From assembly GCA_038087875.1 (NCBI GenBank), contig CM075977.1, positions 111,228,001-111,292,000 of the forward strand: a DNA stretch of 64,000 nt. The letters are read 5' to 3'. The DNA is from Malacoraja senta (taxonomy: Eukaryota). Below the pieces are notes generated by a model. The model was not told the DNA's origin. It searched no databases and worked only from the letters and a program-made list of their open reading frames with translations. Position 1 is the stretch's first letter; each line of letters opens with the position of its first letter. Shown one piece after another: positions 36,661-47,349 of this stretch. A program made the translations under genes and the position numbers.

Positions 36661-37556
36661 GGCAGCTACTAAATGTTATTCCCTTTATCCTGTATCTGTA
36701 CACAATGACAGCTTAATTAGTAATCATGTTTAGTCTCTCCACTGACTGGATAGCACGCAACAAAAAAGCTTTTCACTGTACCTTGGTACATGTGACAATA
36801 AACTAAATTATCAACTATTGTCTGCTTTCTGTCTGGAGATGTGTGACTCAATTGCCTGTAAACTGCCTGGTTGTGAGCTGCACGCACTTGGCAACCCAAC
36901 CAAGCAGAGCAATGAGGCTGTGGGTTCAAACATGTTTGTAAATCCCACCCATACATTTATAATGGAGAGATTCAGTGAGATAAACGTAGCCACAGTGAAT
37001 CAAGCTGTGTGTCTTCAGGATTTTTTCCTATTAATTATAGATAGGTTTCATTTTTTGTAATTTAGTTGAATATAGTTTCAAGATACAGTGCCGAAACAGG
37101 CTCTTCGGCCCGCAGAGTCCGTATCGACCAGCGATCACCCTATACACTGTCTAAAGAAGGGTCTCGAACCAAAACTTCACCTATTCCTTTTCTCCACAGA
37201 TGCTGCCTGGCTCATTGAGTTACTCCAGCTTTTTGTGTCTATCTTTGGTGTAAACCAGCATCTGCAGTTCCTTCCTCTGCATACACAAGTACTATATACC
37301 ACACACTAGGGATGATTTACAGAAGCCAATTAAACTACAAACTCGCACGTCTTTGGGATGCCTTGTAAAGTCTATGCGACTTTTAGGTATGATTTATGTT
37401 TCTGTGTGTTGTCTGAGTCTATGTGTCTGTGATGCTGCTGCAAGCAAGATTTTCATTGTACCGGTACCTAACCCTAACCATACTTGTGCAAATGACAATA
37501 AACTCGACTTATGTTCGCTTGATTTTTGGCTTCTGTAACTCACAAAAGGCATTTGA

Positions 37557-37866
37557 ATGACTTTAGACTGTAGAGATACAGCGTGGAAACAGGCCCTTCG
37601 GCCCACCAAGTCCGCGCCGACCAGTCATCACCCCGTACACTACCACTATCCTACACAATAGGGACAATTTACAAATTTACCAAAGTCAATTAACCTACAA
37701 ACCTACATCTTTGGAGTGTGGGAGGAAACCGGACCATCCAGAGAAAACCCGCGTGGTTACGGGGAGAATGTACAGTACAAAATCCATACAGACAGCACCT
37801 GTAGTCAGGATCGAACCTGGATCTCTGGCTCTGTAAGGCAGCAACTCTATGCTGCGCCACCGTGCC
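37557..37866 (-). mobile_element. HE1-like V-SINE
   Basis: Complete head-to-tail copy. Confidence 0.88.
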
Positions 37867-38064
37867 ACTCGTTTGTTCTTGATGCCTGTCAGAATAATAT
37901 TGGGCCTAGATGCAACCTCACGTTGGTCAAAAAAACAAATTGCTCGAGGAACACAGCAGGTCAGGGTGAAATGTCCCGACCTGAAACGTTGTCTGTCCCT
38001 TCCCTCTACAGATGCTGCCTGACCCGCTGTGTTCCTCCAGCCTGTTTATTTTGCAGAAGATAAT

Positions 38065-38360
38065 CGGCACCGTGGCGCTTCAGGTAGAGCCGCTGCCCAG
38101 CAGCGCAAGAGACCTGGGTTCGATCCTGACCTCGGGTGCTGTCTGTATGGAGTTTGCACGTTCTCCCTGTGACCGCATGGGTTTCCTCCGGGTGCTCCAG
38201 TTTCTTCCCACATTCCAAAGACGCGAGGGTTTGTAGGTTAATTGGCCCTCTAATTGCCCCTGGTGGGAAGGGAGTGGATGAGTAAGTGGGATATCAAAGA
38301 ACTCGTGTGAACAGGTGATCGATGGTCGGCGTGGGCAGCAGGGCCTATTTCCATGATACA
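38065..38360 (+). mobile_element. HE1-like V-SINE
   Basis: GGCACCGTGGCG..., GGGTTCGATCC and V-domain. Confidence 0.85.
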
Positions 38361-38743
38361 CAGTGTCGTAGATTTATAGAGTCACATCGTGTCGAAACAG
38401 GCCCTTCGGCCCAACGTCCACATTGTCAAACATGCCCCATCTACACTATTCCCACCTGCCTGTATTTGGCCCATATCCCTCTAACCCTATCCGATCCATG
38501 CACCTTTCCAGACTGCATTCACCCGATCTATTCCTCTCATGATTTTGTATAAGATCACCCCTCATCCTCCTACGCTCCCAGGAATAAAGTCCCAGCCTGC
38601 TCAACCTCTCCTTACAACTCAGATCATCGAGTCCTGGAGACATCCTCGGAAAAATTTCTTTGCACCCTTTCCAATTCAAGAATATTTTTCCGGTAATATC
38701 TTTCAATCAATCAATCTGCCATCTCTAGAGTCTCCTGTTGGAG

Positions 38744-39760
38744 TATGCGCTCGTAGGCAAGGACTGACCGAAGACAGACCTTCCGAAGATTGCAGAAGAA
38801 CTATCCTCCTAACTATTGCCTTTGATAACACGCACACACACATGTGCGCACATGCCCACACACATGCACACACACTCGCAGACAGGCACATACCCATACA
38901 TGCATGTGCACACACACATACACACACGCACACTCACACACAAAATCACACATGCATACACGCATGCACACACACACCGTCACGCACACACAGGCTGACA
39001 CACACATGGACGCATACATACACACTCATACATATACAGGTTGCACATGCATGCATAAGCAGGCATACGCTCGTGCATCCACACACATGGGCACTCACAA
39101 GGTAGTGTGCGCTCGTAGGCAAGGACTGAGCGTATGACAGACCCTCCAAAGATTGCGTATGACAGACCGTCCAAACCATCCTCCTAATTGTTGCCTTTGA
39201 CACACACGCGCGCATGAGCACGCACGCACACTCACACTCAGATGCAAACATGCACACACGCACACATACACACACTCAAACACACACAAGCACACACACA
39301 CAAGCACACACACAGACAGGCAAGCATACACATGCAGGCACACACACGTACAGACGCAAACGCTTACACACTCACACACACATGCCATCACAAACAAGCA
39401 GAGACATGCACATGCAGGCACATGCTCACGGATGCAGGCACACGCTCACGCATGCACACACATACGCATACATACACACATATATGTACACAAACAAACA
39501 CACACACTCACACAGTAGTATACGCTTGTAGCCAAGGACTGAATGTATAACAGACCTTCCAAAGAATGCAGAAACCATCCTATCCTAACTATTGCCTTTG
39601 AACACACACATGCATACACATAGATGCACGCACACACATACATGTACACAAACACACAGGATGCATATACATACATACACACGCACACAAACACACAGAG
39701 ATGCACACACACACACAACGTACACACACACACATACACACACACAAACACCCAGAGTGT
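38744..39760. repeat. Higher-order tandem array: three ~85-95-bp modules, each followed by a degenerate (CA)n-like tract
   Basis: Module GCGCTCGTAGGCAAGGACTGA...CAGACCTTCC.AAGA.TGC...ATCCTCCTAA.T.TTGCCTTTGA at 38744, 39106 and 39519. Confidence 0.85.
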
Positions 39761-40029
39761 GCCGTATATGTCGCGGGCTAAAGGGTTGATGGTTTATATA
39801 TAAAACCCAGCAGCAGAGGTCTGGAACATGTTACAAGCTGCAGAACACGGACAGGTCTCGACAGCATCATGAATCACGGGAATGCAGCAGGAATGTTAGC
39901 AAAGTCACCCTCACACCAAAGAGATCATAGCCTCACACACACACCACGGCTCACAACTACATAGGAAGAAGCACTTTGTAATTATAAAAACACTGCAAAC
40001 CTTCAAGCACTCATAGCAACTCATAGCCA

Positions 40030-40405
40030 ACTAAATACAGTGTGGAAACAGGCCTATCGGCCCAACAACCCTATGCCGACCAACATGCTGCATTTGCACA
40101 TATGCTTCTGCCCCATATCCCTCTAAACCTGCCCCATCCCTGTAACTCTCTAACTGTTTCTTAAACATTACAACAGTCCCTGCCTCAACTACCTCCTCCG
40201 GCAGCTTGTTCCATACACCCGCCACCCTTTGTGTGTAAAAGTTACTCATCAGGTTCCTATTAAATCTTTCCCCCCCTCACCTTAAACCTATGTCCTCTGG
40301 TTCTCGATTCCACCTGCTCTGGGCAAGAGCCTCTTGTGCGTCTACCTGATCTATTCCTCTCATGATTTTGTGCACCTCTATAAGATCACCCCCTCATCCT
40401 CCTGG
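40030..40405 (-). mobile_element. CR1 3' fragment
   Basis: Reverse-strand CR1 UTR (GAGGAGGTAGTTGAGGCAGG, GAGAACCAGAGGACATAGG). Confidence 0.75.
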
Positions 40406-40489
40406 TTGTCAGAGCATGAGGACGTAAGACGTTTGACCAGGTCACCCTTCCTCAGCCATTAAGTAGGATCATGGCACACACGGGCAGTC

Positions 40490-40800
40490 AGGGTGGCGCA
40501 GCGGTAGAGTTGCTACCTTACAGCGAATGCAGCGCCGGAGACCCAGGTTTGATCCCGAGTACGGGTGCTGTCTGTTCGGAGTTTGTACCTTCTTCCCTTG
40601 ACCTGCGGTGGGTGTTCTCTGAGATCTCCGCTTTCCTCCCACACTCCAAAGACGTGCAGGTTTGTAGGTTAAATGGCTTGGTAAATGTAAAAATTGTCCC
40701 TAGTGGGTGTGGGATAGTGTTAGTGTGCGGGGACCGCTGGTCGGCGCGGACCCGGTGGGCCGAAGGGCCTGTTTCCGCGCTGTATCTCTAAACCAAACTG
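40490..40800 (+). mobile_element. HE1-like V-SINE
   Basis: GGTGGCGCAGCGGTAGAG, GGTTTGATCCC, V-domain and tail. Confidence 0.88.
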
Positions 40801-41544
40801 AAAACTTGACCTTTGCACCATCTTTATGGCCCGATCCACACACTCCTTGATTCCTTCACTATGCTGCAATCTATCCATCTCTGTTCTCAGCATCAAGATT
40901 GAAAGGAGATTTGCGGGGCAAGTTTTTTGACACAGAGTTTGCCCGGTGCTTGAAACACGCTGCCAGGGAGGTTTACAGAGTCATATAGCGTGGAAACAGG
41001 CCCTTCAGACCAACTTGCCCACACAACCAGGTGGCGCAGCAGTAGAGTTGATGCCATATGGCACCAGAGACCCGGGTTTGATCCTGACTACGGATGCTGT
41101 CTGTACGGAGTTTGTACTTTGGGGGTGTGGGGGGGGGGGGGGTGGTCAGGAAGATGACAGCAGGAAGGAGGCAAGTGCTCTCTGCACGGCCATATCCCGC
41201 TGAGTTTATTCAGGTACTTGCTGGGAGCCCTGTGTCCATCTCCCCCCCCGCCCCTGTCTCTGCAAGTCGCACTAACGCGAGGGTCGCTCTATTTTTACCA
41301 ATGACGTACGCTCCGTCCGGGGCCGGCTATACTCAGGAGAGAGGGCCAGGAAGGCAGGTAGCGAGGCAAAGCTTCAGGCCATGGGTTTTCCGAGCACAGC
41401 CCTTCCTGAAGTACACTTAACCCTTTCACTGGGATCGTTCACTGTCCACCTTCCAGTCAAATGTCCAACTGCAGCAACCTTTTGTTAAGTATCGCTTGCT
41501 CCGCACCCATGGTCTCTAACCCTTTGCTAATCCTGAGAGATGAT

Positions 41545-41735
41545 CCATGTTCTCCAGAGATGCTGCCTGACCCGCTGAGTTACTCCAGCACTCTGTGAAA
41601 CGTCACCTATCTATGTTCTCCACAGATGCTGCCTGACCCGCTGAGTTACTCCAGCACTCTGTGAAACGTCACCTATCCATGTTCTCCGGAGATGCTGCCT
41701 GACCCGCTGAGTTACTCCAGCACTTTGTGTCTTTT
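41545..41735 (+). repeat. 66-bp tandem trimer of Penelope-derived unit
   Basis: ATGCTGCCTG at 41560, 41626 and 41692. Confidence 0.9.
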
Positions 41736-41964
41736 CTTGGTCTGAAGAAGGGTCCCAGCCCCAAACTTCACCTGTCCATGTTCTCCAGAGATGCCGCCTG
41801 ACCCTTTAGACTTTAGAGATACAGTGTGGAAACAGGACATTCAGACCACGCCGACCAGCGATTCACTTGCACTATCCTACACACTAGGATAATTTACAAT
41901 ATTACAGAAGCCAATTCACCTACAAATGTGTACGTCTATGGACTGTGGGAGGAAACCAGAGCAC

Positions 41965-42164
41965 NNNNNNNNNNNNNNNNNNNNNNNNNNNNNNNNNNNN
42001 NNNNNNNNNNNNNNNNNNNNNNNNNNNNNNNNNNNNNNNNNNNNNNNNNNNNNNNNNNNNNNNNNNNNNNNNNNNNNNNNNNNNNNNNNNNNNNNNNNNN
42101 NNNNNNNNNNNNNNNNNNNNNNNNNNNNNNNNNNNNNNNNNNNNNNNNNNNNNNNNNNNNNNNN
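41965..42164. other. Assembly gap (200 N)
   Basis: Run of exactly 200 N, probably an arbitrary-size scaffold join. Confidence 0.98.
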
Positions 42165-43810
42165 TGTCATTGCACAAGAGGTCCCAGGCAGTGAGGCAGC
42201 AACTGTACCACGTGCGCCACCATGTGGCAGCTAAGATCGTAGCATGCTCAGGAATGAGTGATGGACTGAGATCTTAGAGAGAGTTCAGGAGGCTACATAT
42301 AAAGATAGACACAAAAAGCCGGAGTAACTCAGCAGGACAGGCAGCATCTCTGGCGAGAAGGAATGGGTGACGTTTCAGGTCGAGACCCTTCTTACTGATC
42401 ACCATGAGTAAATAACAGGCAACAGGAAAAGAAGGAGGGGAATTGGATCGTCACCACAGAAACCTCGACCATTCCCAGAAAATTGATGGAGGCCATTATG
42501 GTCTCCACCCTTCCTGAGGTCTTCTGTTACTGGCCCTGTTTTGTTCTGGCCTCCTCTATCTTTCAGCGTGAAAAAGTGTTGCGACCCGAAACGTCACCTA
42601 TTCCTTTACTCCAGAGATGCTGCCTGGCCCGCTAAGTTACTCCAGCATTTTGTGCTTGTCGTTCCTTTCTCTCCACCATTACGGCTTGGTCTGCTGAGGT
42701 CTTCCAGCCGTATAGAAAGATAGAAAGATAGAACATTGGTGCAGGGGCAGGCCATTTGGCCCCTCGAGCCAGCGCCACCATTCAATATGATCATGGGTGA
42801 TCATCCACAATCAGTACCCTGTACCTGGTAACAAGGTACAGTGAAAAACCTTTGTTTATGTGCTTTCCAACCCTCATTTCTTGTTTCATTGACAACGGCG
42901 CATGTGATGCTCACTGTCCCAAGTTCTGAGTCATAAGTTCTTGAAGCAGATTTCGGCTGTTTGCCCTATCAAGTCTACTCCGCCATTCAATCACGGCTCA
43001 TCTATCGTTCCCTCTCAACACCATTCTCCTGCCTTCTCCCCATAACCCGTGACAACCTACGAATCAAGAATCTATCAATCTCCACCTTAAAAATATCAAT
43101 GGACGGCCTCCACAACCGTCTGTGGCAATGACTTGCACAGAATCACCACCCTGCGACTAAAGAAATTCCTCCTCATCTCCTTTCTGAAGGAACATCCTTT
43201 TAATGTCCTCATTTCCTCCTGAAGGGTTATTTCAAACCTCAGATCAATGTCTTCCAGCACTTTACTTACCCCCCCCCCGCCCGCCCCCCACACAATTTCT
43301 TTCCACCTGAAAATCCACAATTTGAAATGTTGATTCCAAAATGTATTTGGTTAATGACCTTTGTGAACCACAGTGGCTTCACTATGATTCTTGTGTGGGG
43401 AGAAATATGACAAAGTGCTGCAGGAGTGAACGGGTCATGCAGCATCTGAGAAGGGAACAGGATGGACAACATTAGAACGGCCTGACCTGAAATGTCCTCT
43501 TTCTTTTTCCCTTTGGCTGGCACAGTGTCGCAGCGATAGAGTTGCTGACACATAAGGCCACAGACTCGGGCTCAAAAGGGTAAGAAGTGTGAAAACGCAC
43601 ACCTCCAGGTTCAGGGACAGTTTCTTCCCGACTGTTATCAGGCAACTGAACATTCCTACTGGAACTGGAGAGCGGTCCTGAACCACTATCTACCTCCATT
43701 GGAGACTTTTGGACTGTCTATGATCAAACTTTACTGGACTTTTATCTTGCACTAAATGTTATTCACGATATTACCGACGCGATATTGATTACCGACTCTT
43801 TCTATTCCAG

Positions 43811-44191
43811 CAGCCACCCATACTTGGCATTTTCCAACTGCCGATGAAGTGTCTGCCATGGAAGGAGGCTCGGCTGTGTTGCCGTGTACGTTCACCCACC
43901 TGGCCACTGATCACATCCTCAAACTCGAGCTGCGCTGGTGGAAAGGTGACCTGCGGAGTTTCAATGCCATTATTACGTGTCTGTTCACTGCTCCCTTCAC
44001 TCCTGGTGCGATGAAGTGAGGCATGAGGCAGGAGGAAATCGGTTTAGGTTCATCGGGAACCTCAGTCGGGAGGATGCCTCGATAATAGTGGAGCGACTGG
44101 GACAGGAGGGATAATGGTCTATATATGTGCAATGTGAACGACATCGATGGATTTCCTCTATTACAAAAGGTCACTCACCTGACTGTGAGAG
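43811..44191 (+). pseudogene. Ig V-set exon 1 (Siglec-15-like) with two compensating 1-bp indels; pseudo-exon or assembly error
   Basis: Acceptor TCTATTCCAG, donor GTGAGG, phase 1/1, 381 nt. Repaired translation: ATHTWHFPTADEVSAMEGGSAVLPCTFTHLATDHILKLELRWWKGDLRSFNAIITCLFTAPxHSWCDEVRHEAGGNRFRFIGNLSREDASIIVERLGQEDNGLYMCNVNDIDGFPLLQKVTHLTVR. Confidence 0.85.
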
Positions 44192-46064
44192 GTGAGGAAG
44201 GCTCTAATTGTACCAATAAAGGTGGAGCAGTGGTAGAGCCATTGCCTCTCAGTGGCAGAGACCCGGGATCGATCTCCCAATCCACCTTGTTGCAGCCTTT
44301 GCAAATTGGTTTTACCTGCACTTTCTCTGTCGCTGCAGCACATTCTACTGCACTCTGATACTTTTCTTTTTTGCGCCAGCTCGTATACTCAACCTCTCAA
44401 CATTTCAACATAATAGCGGTAGAGTTGCTGCTTCACAGCGCAAGTGAGCCAGGTTAGATCCTGACTACGGATGCTGTCTGTACGGAGTTTGCACGTGATC
44501 CCTGTGACCCCGCGAATTTTCTCCGGGTGCTCCAGTTTTCTCTCACATTTGAAAGACACATGTTAGTCGGTTAATTGGATTCTGTAATTTGCCCTAAATG
44601 CACCAAGGTACAGTGAAAAGCTTTTGTTTGCGTGCTGTCCAGTCAAGAAAATGCTATACATGAATACCATCAAGCTGTCCACAGTACACAGATAAAGAAT
44701 AAAGGATGCAAAGATGCTCTTTTAGTGTAAACATATGACATTGTAGTCTGATAATGTCCCATTTAAGATAGTTCAAAGGGTCTCCAATGAGGTGGATGGG
44801 AGGTCAGAACCGCACTCCAGTTGGTTAGAGGACCATTCAGTTGCCTGATAACAGCTGGGTAGAACTGTCCCTGAATCTGAAGATGCGCATTTTCACACTT
44901 CTGTATTTCTTGCCTGGTGGGAGAGGGGAGACGAGGGGGTGACTGGGGTGAGAGTCGTCCTTGATTATGTTGCTGGCCTTGGGTAAAGTGTACACGGGAT
45001 TAATGGAAGGGGAGGTTGATTTGTGCGATGGGCTGGGTTATGTCCACAACTCTCTGCTATTTCTTGCGGTCTTGGATGGAGCTTTCCCAAACCATGCTGT
45101 GATGAATCCGAATACACCTGACAGTAAACTAAACTAGTAACTGGCCCTTCTAGTACCAATACATCCAACCAGGACAATTGGTTTGAAACACAAAATACTC
45201 TAGTTGCTTCAATCCCAAGCAAAACAAGGTACTGGAGGAACCCGGCAATTCAGGCAGCATCGGTGGAGGGATTAGACAGGCTGTCCATTCCCTTCACAGA
45301 TGCCGCCTGACCCACTGAGTTTCTCCCTCACTTTGATTTAATTGGGCATTAATTGGTTGATTGATGCATCATTATTAAGTTTACCGAGATGGAGTGAAAA
45401 TCCTTGTTTTGCATGCTAAGGTCAGAAAGTCGTCAGGAATAGAGTAGAATTAGGCCATTCAGTCCATCAAGTCTGCCCCACCATTCAATCATGGCTGATC
45501 TATCTCTCCCTTCTAACCCCATTCTCTGTCTTCTCCCCATATCCTCTGACACCCATTATGTTGAAATCATATCATAGTCATACAGTGTGGAAACAGGCAC
45601 TTCGGCCCAACTTTCCCATGATGACCAAGATGCCTCCTCTACACTAGTGTTACCTGCCCATCTTTGGCCCGTATTCCTCTAAACCTTTTTGTATCCATGT
45701 ACCTGTCCAAATGTCTTCTAGATTCAGTTTAGTTTAGAGATACAGCATGGAAACAGGCCCTTTGGCCCACTGAGTCCCCCGCAACCAGCAATCACTAGTT
45801 CTATGCAATCCCAATTTGCATCCTACGCATTAGGGGCAATTTACAGAAGCCAATTAACCTACAAACTTGCACGTCTTTGGAATGTGGGTGGAAACTGGAG
45901 CACACAAGGAAAACCGGGATGGAGCCGGGTCTCTGGCACTGTTACTGCCGCCACTGTGCCGACCTTATGTTGAAATGTTGATAAGTTGAGTATATCAGGA
46001 AGTGCAGAAGAGAAAATTATCACAGTGCAGAATGTGGCGCTACACCCACAGAGAAAGTGCAGGT

Positions 46065-46975
46065 AAGAAAATGTGTGTTTGTGTGTGTCTGGTGCTGCAT
46101 TTGTGGCTGCATGTGTGTCTGTGCGAGTGCATGTGTGTGTGAGTACGTGTGTGTCTATCTCTATGCGTGTGTGTCTGTTTGTTTATGGGCGTGTGCATGT
46201 GGTTGTATATCTATGTGTGGTGTGATTCTGTAGGGTGCGTGCATGCACGTATGCGTCAATGTCTCTTGGTTTGTGTGTCATTGGGTCATTGTGTATGTTT
46301 TGTATGAATGTGTGAGTACGTGTATGTGTGTCCATTTGTATGTCTACTGCGTGCGAGTGTCTTTATGTATGTGTGTGTGTGTCACTTGCTGGAGTATGTT
46401 TGTGTTTCTGTCTATATTCCTGTATGTGTGCACATCTCATTTGTGTGCGTGTGTATATGCGGCTGTGTGTACGTGTCACTGTGTATGTGTCTCGATTGTG
46501 TGTATGTCAGTGACTGTGTGTGTGCGTCTCATTTCTGTGTGCATATATCTGTGACTGTATGTGTGCATCTGCATCCCTATATTGTGCAGGCATGGGTGTG
46601 TGTGTGGTATGTAAGTGTGGGGTGTGTGTATGGCTGTGTGTGTGTGGGGTCTGTGTGTGTGTGTGGGGGGTCTGTGTGTGTGTGTGTGGGTCTGTGTGTG
46701 TGTGTGAGCATGTGTGTGTGTGTGGATGTGTGGGTCTGTGGGTGTGTATGTGGGTGTAGGTGTGTATATGTGGGAATATGTGTGTCTGTGTGTGTGCACG
46801 TGTTTAAACATGTGATAGCACATGCCTGTTTGTGAGTGTGTACATGTGTATGTGTGCATGTTGTGTGTATATGCGTGTGTGTGTGCGCATGTTGTGTGTA
46901 TGTGTGTGTGTGTGTGCATTAATGCCTATGTGCGTGTGTTCGTGTGCATAAGTGTGTGTGTAAGTGATGTTCGTA
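46065..46975. repeat. Long degenerate (TG)n-rich tract
   Basis: Directly visible; it generates spurious Cys/Val and His/Thr ORFs. Confidence 0.95.
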
Positions 46976-47349
46976 ACGCTGGACATAACTGTGATGGGGA
47001 TTTGCTGGGAGGTGACTTCTGAAGTCACTGAACGGAGGTGGGGAGGGAGGGGAGGGGAGGAGGAGGGGAGGGGCGGGGAGGGAAGGGTAGGGGAGGATAG
47101 GGGAGGGAGGAGACTGTGGTGCGAACGACGGAAGGTGGGATTTAATGAGACCTTCTCTGACCTTCACCACCCATGTGAGATCTTCAAAGCTCATCATGAC
47201 CGTGTCCATGGATGTTGAGCCCTGCATCGATCTGTGGGGAGAACTCTGCCCAGCACTACACCTGGAGTTCTCTCAGTCCTGTACGTCAGGGCTGCCTCTT
47301 CTCATCCTTGCCCATTAAGATGTCTGCCGACATGTCCAGTGGAGGTTTA

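Noticed and set aside
38703-39789. His/Thr-rich and Cys/Val-rich ORFs
   Set aside because: They are translations of degenerate (CA)n/(TG)n tracts; the same applies to 46243-47028.
40490-40570. tRNA-like A/B box sequences (many copies)
   Set aside because: All continue into the V-SINE body and LINE-derived tail, so they are SINE heads, not tRNA genes.
41193-41204. TATCCCGCTGAG matches a stretch I recall from human RMRP, which is near TESK1 in human
   Set aside because: Only 12 nt; none of the conserved RNase MRP regions (GAAAGTCCCC, GGGGCTCA) is nearby.
41545-41735. CRISPR-like periodicity (also 38744-39760)
   Set aside because: Vertebrate DNA; the units are contiguous tandem repeats or 90-bp modules with microsatellite spacers, and there are no cas genes.
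41826-42277. ORFs spanning the N run
   Set aside because: Artefacts of translating the gap; the flanks are SINE sequence.
43270-43306. 37-nt minus-strand segment bounded by TTTTCAG and GTAAGT
   Set aside because: It does not encode TESK1-like sequence in any frame and is poly-G rich; probably chance.
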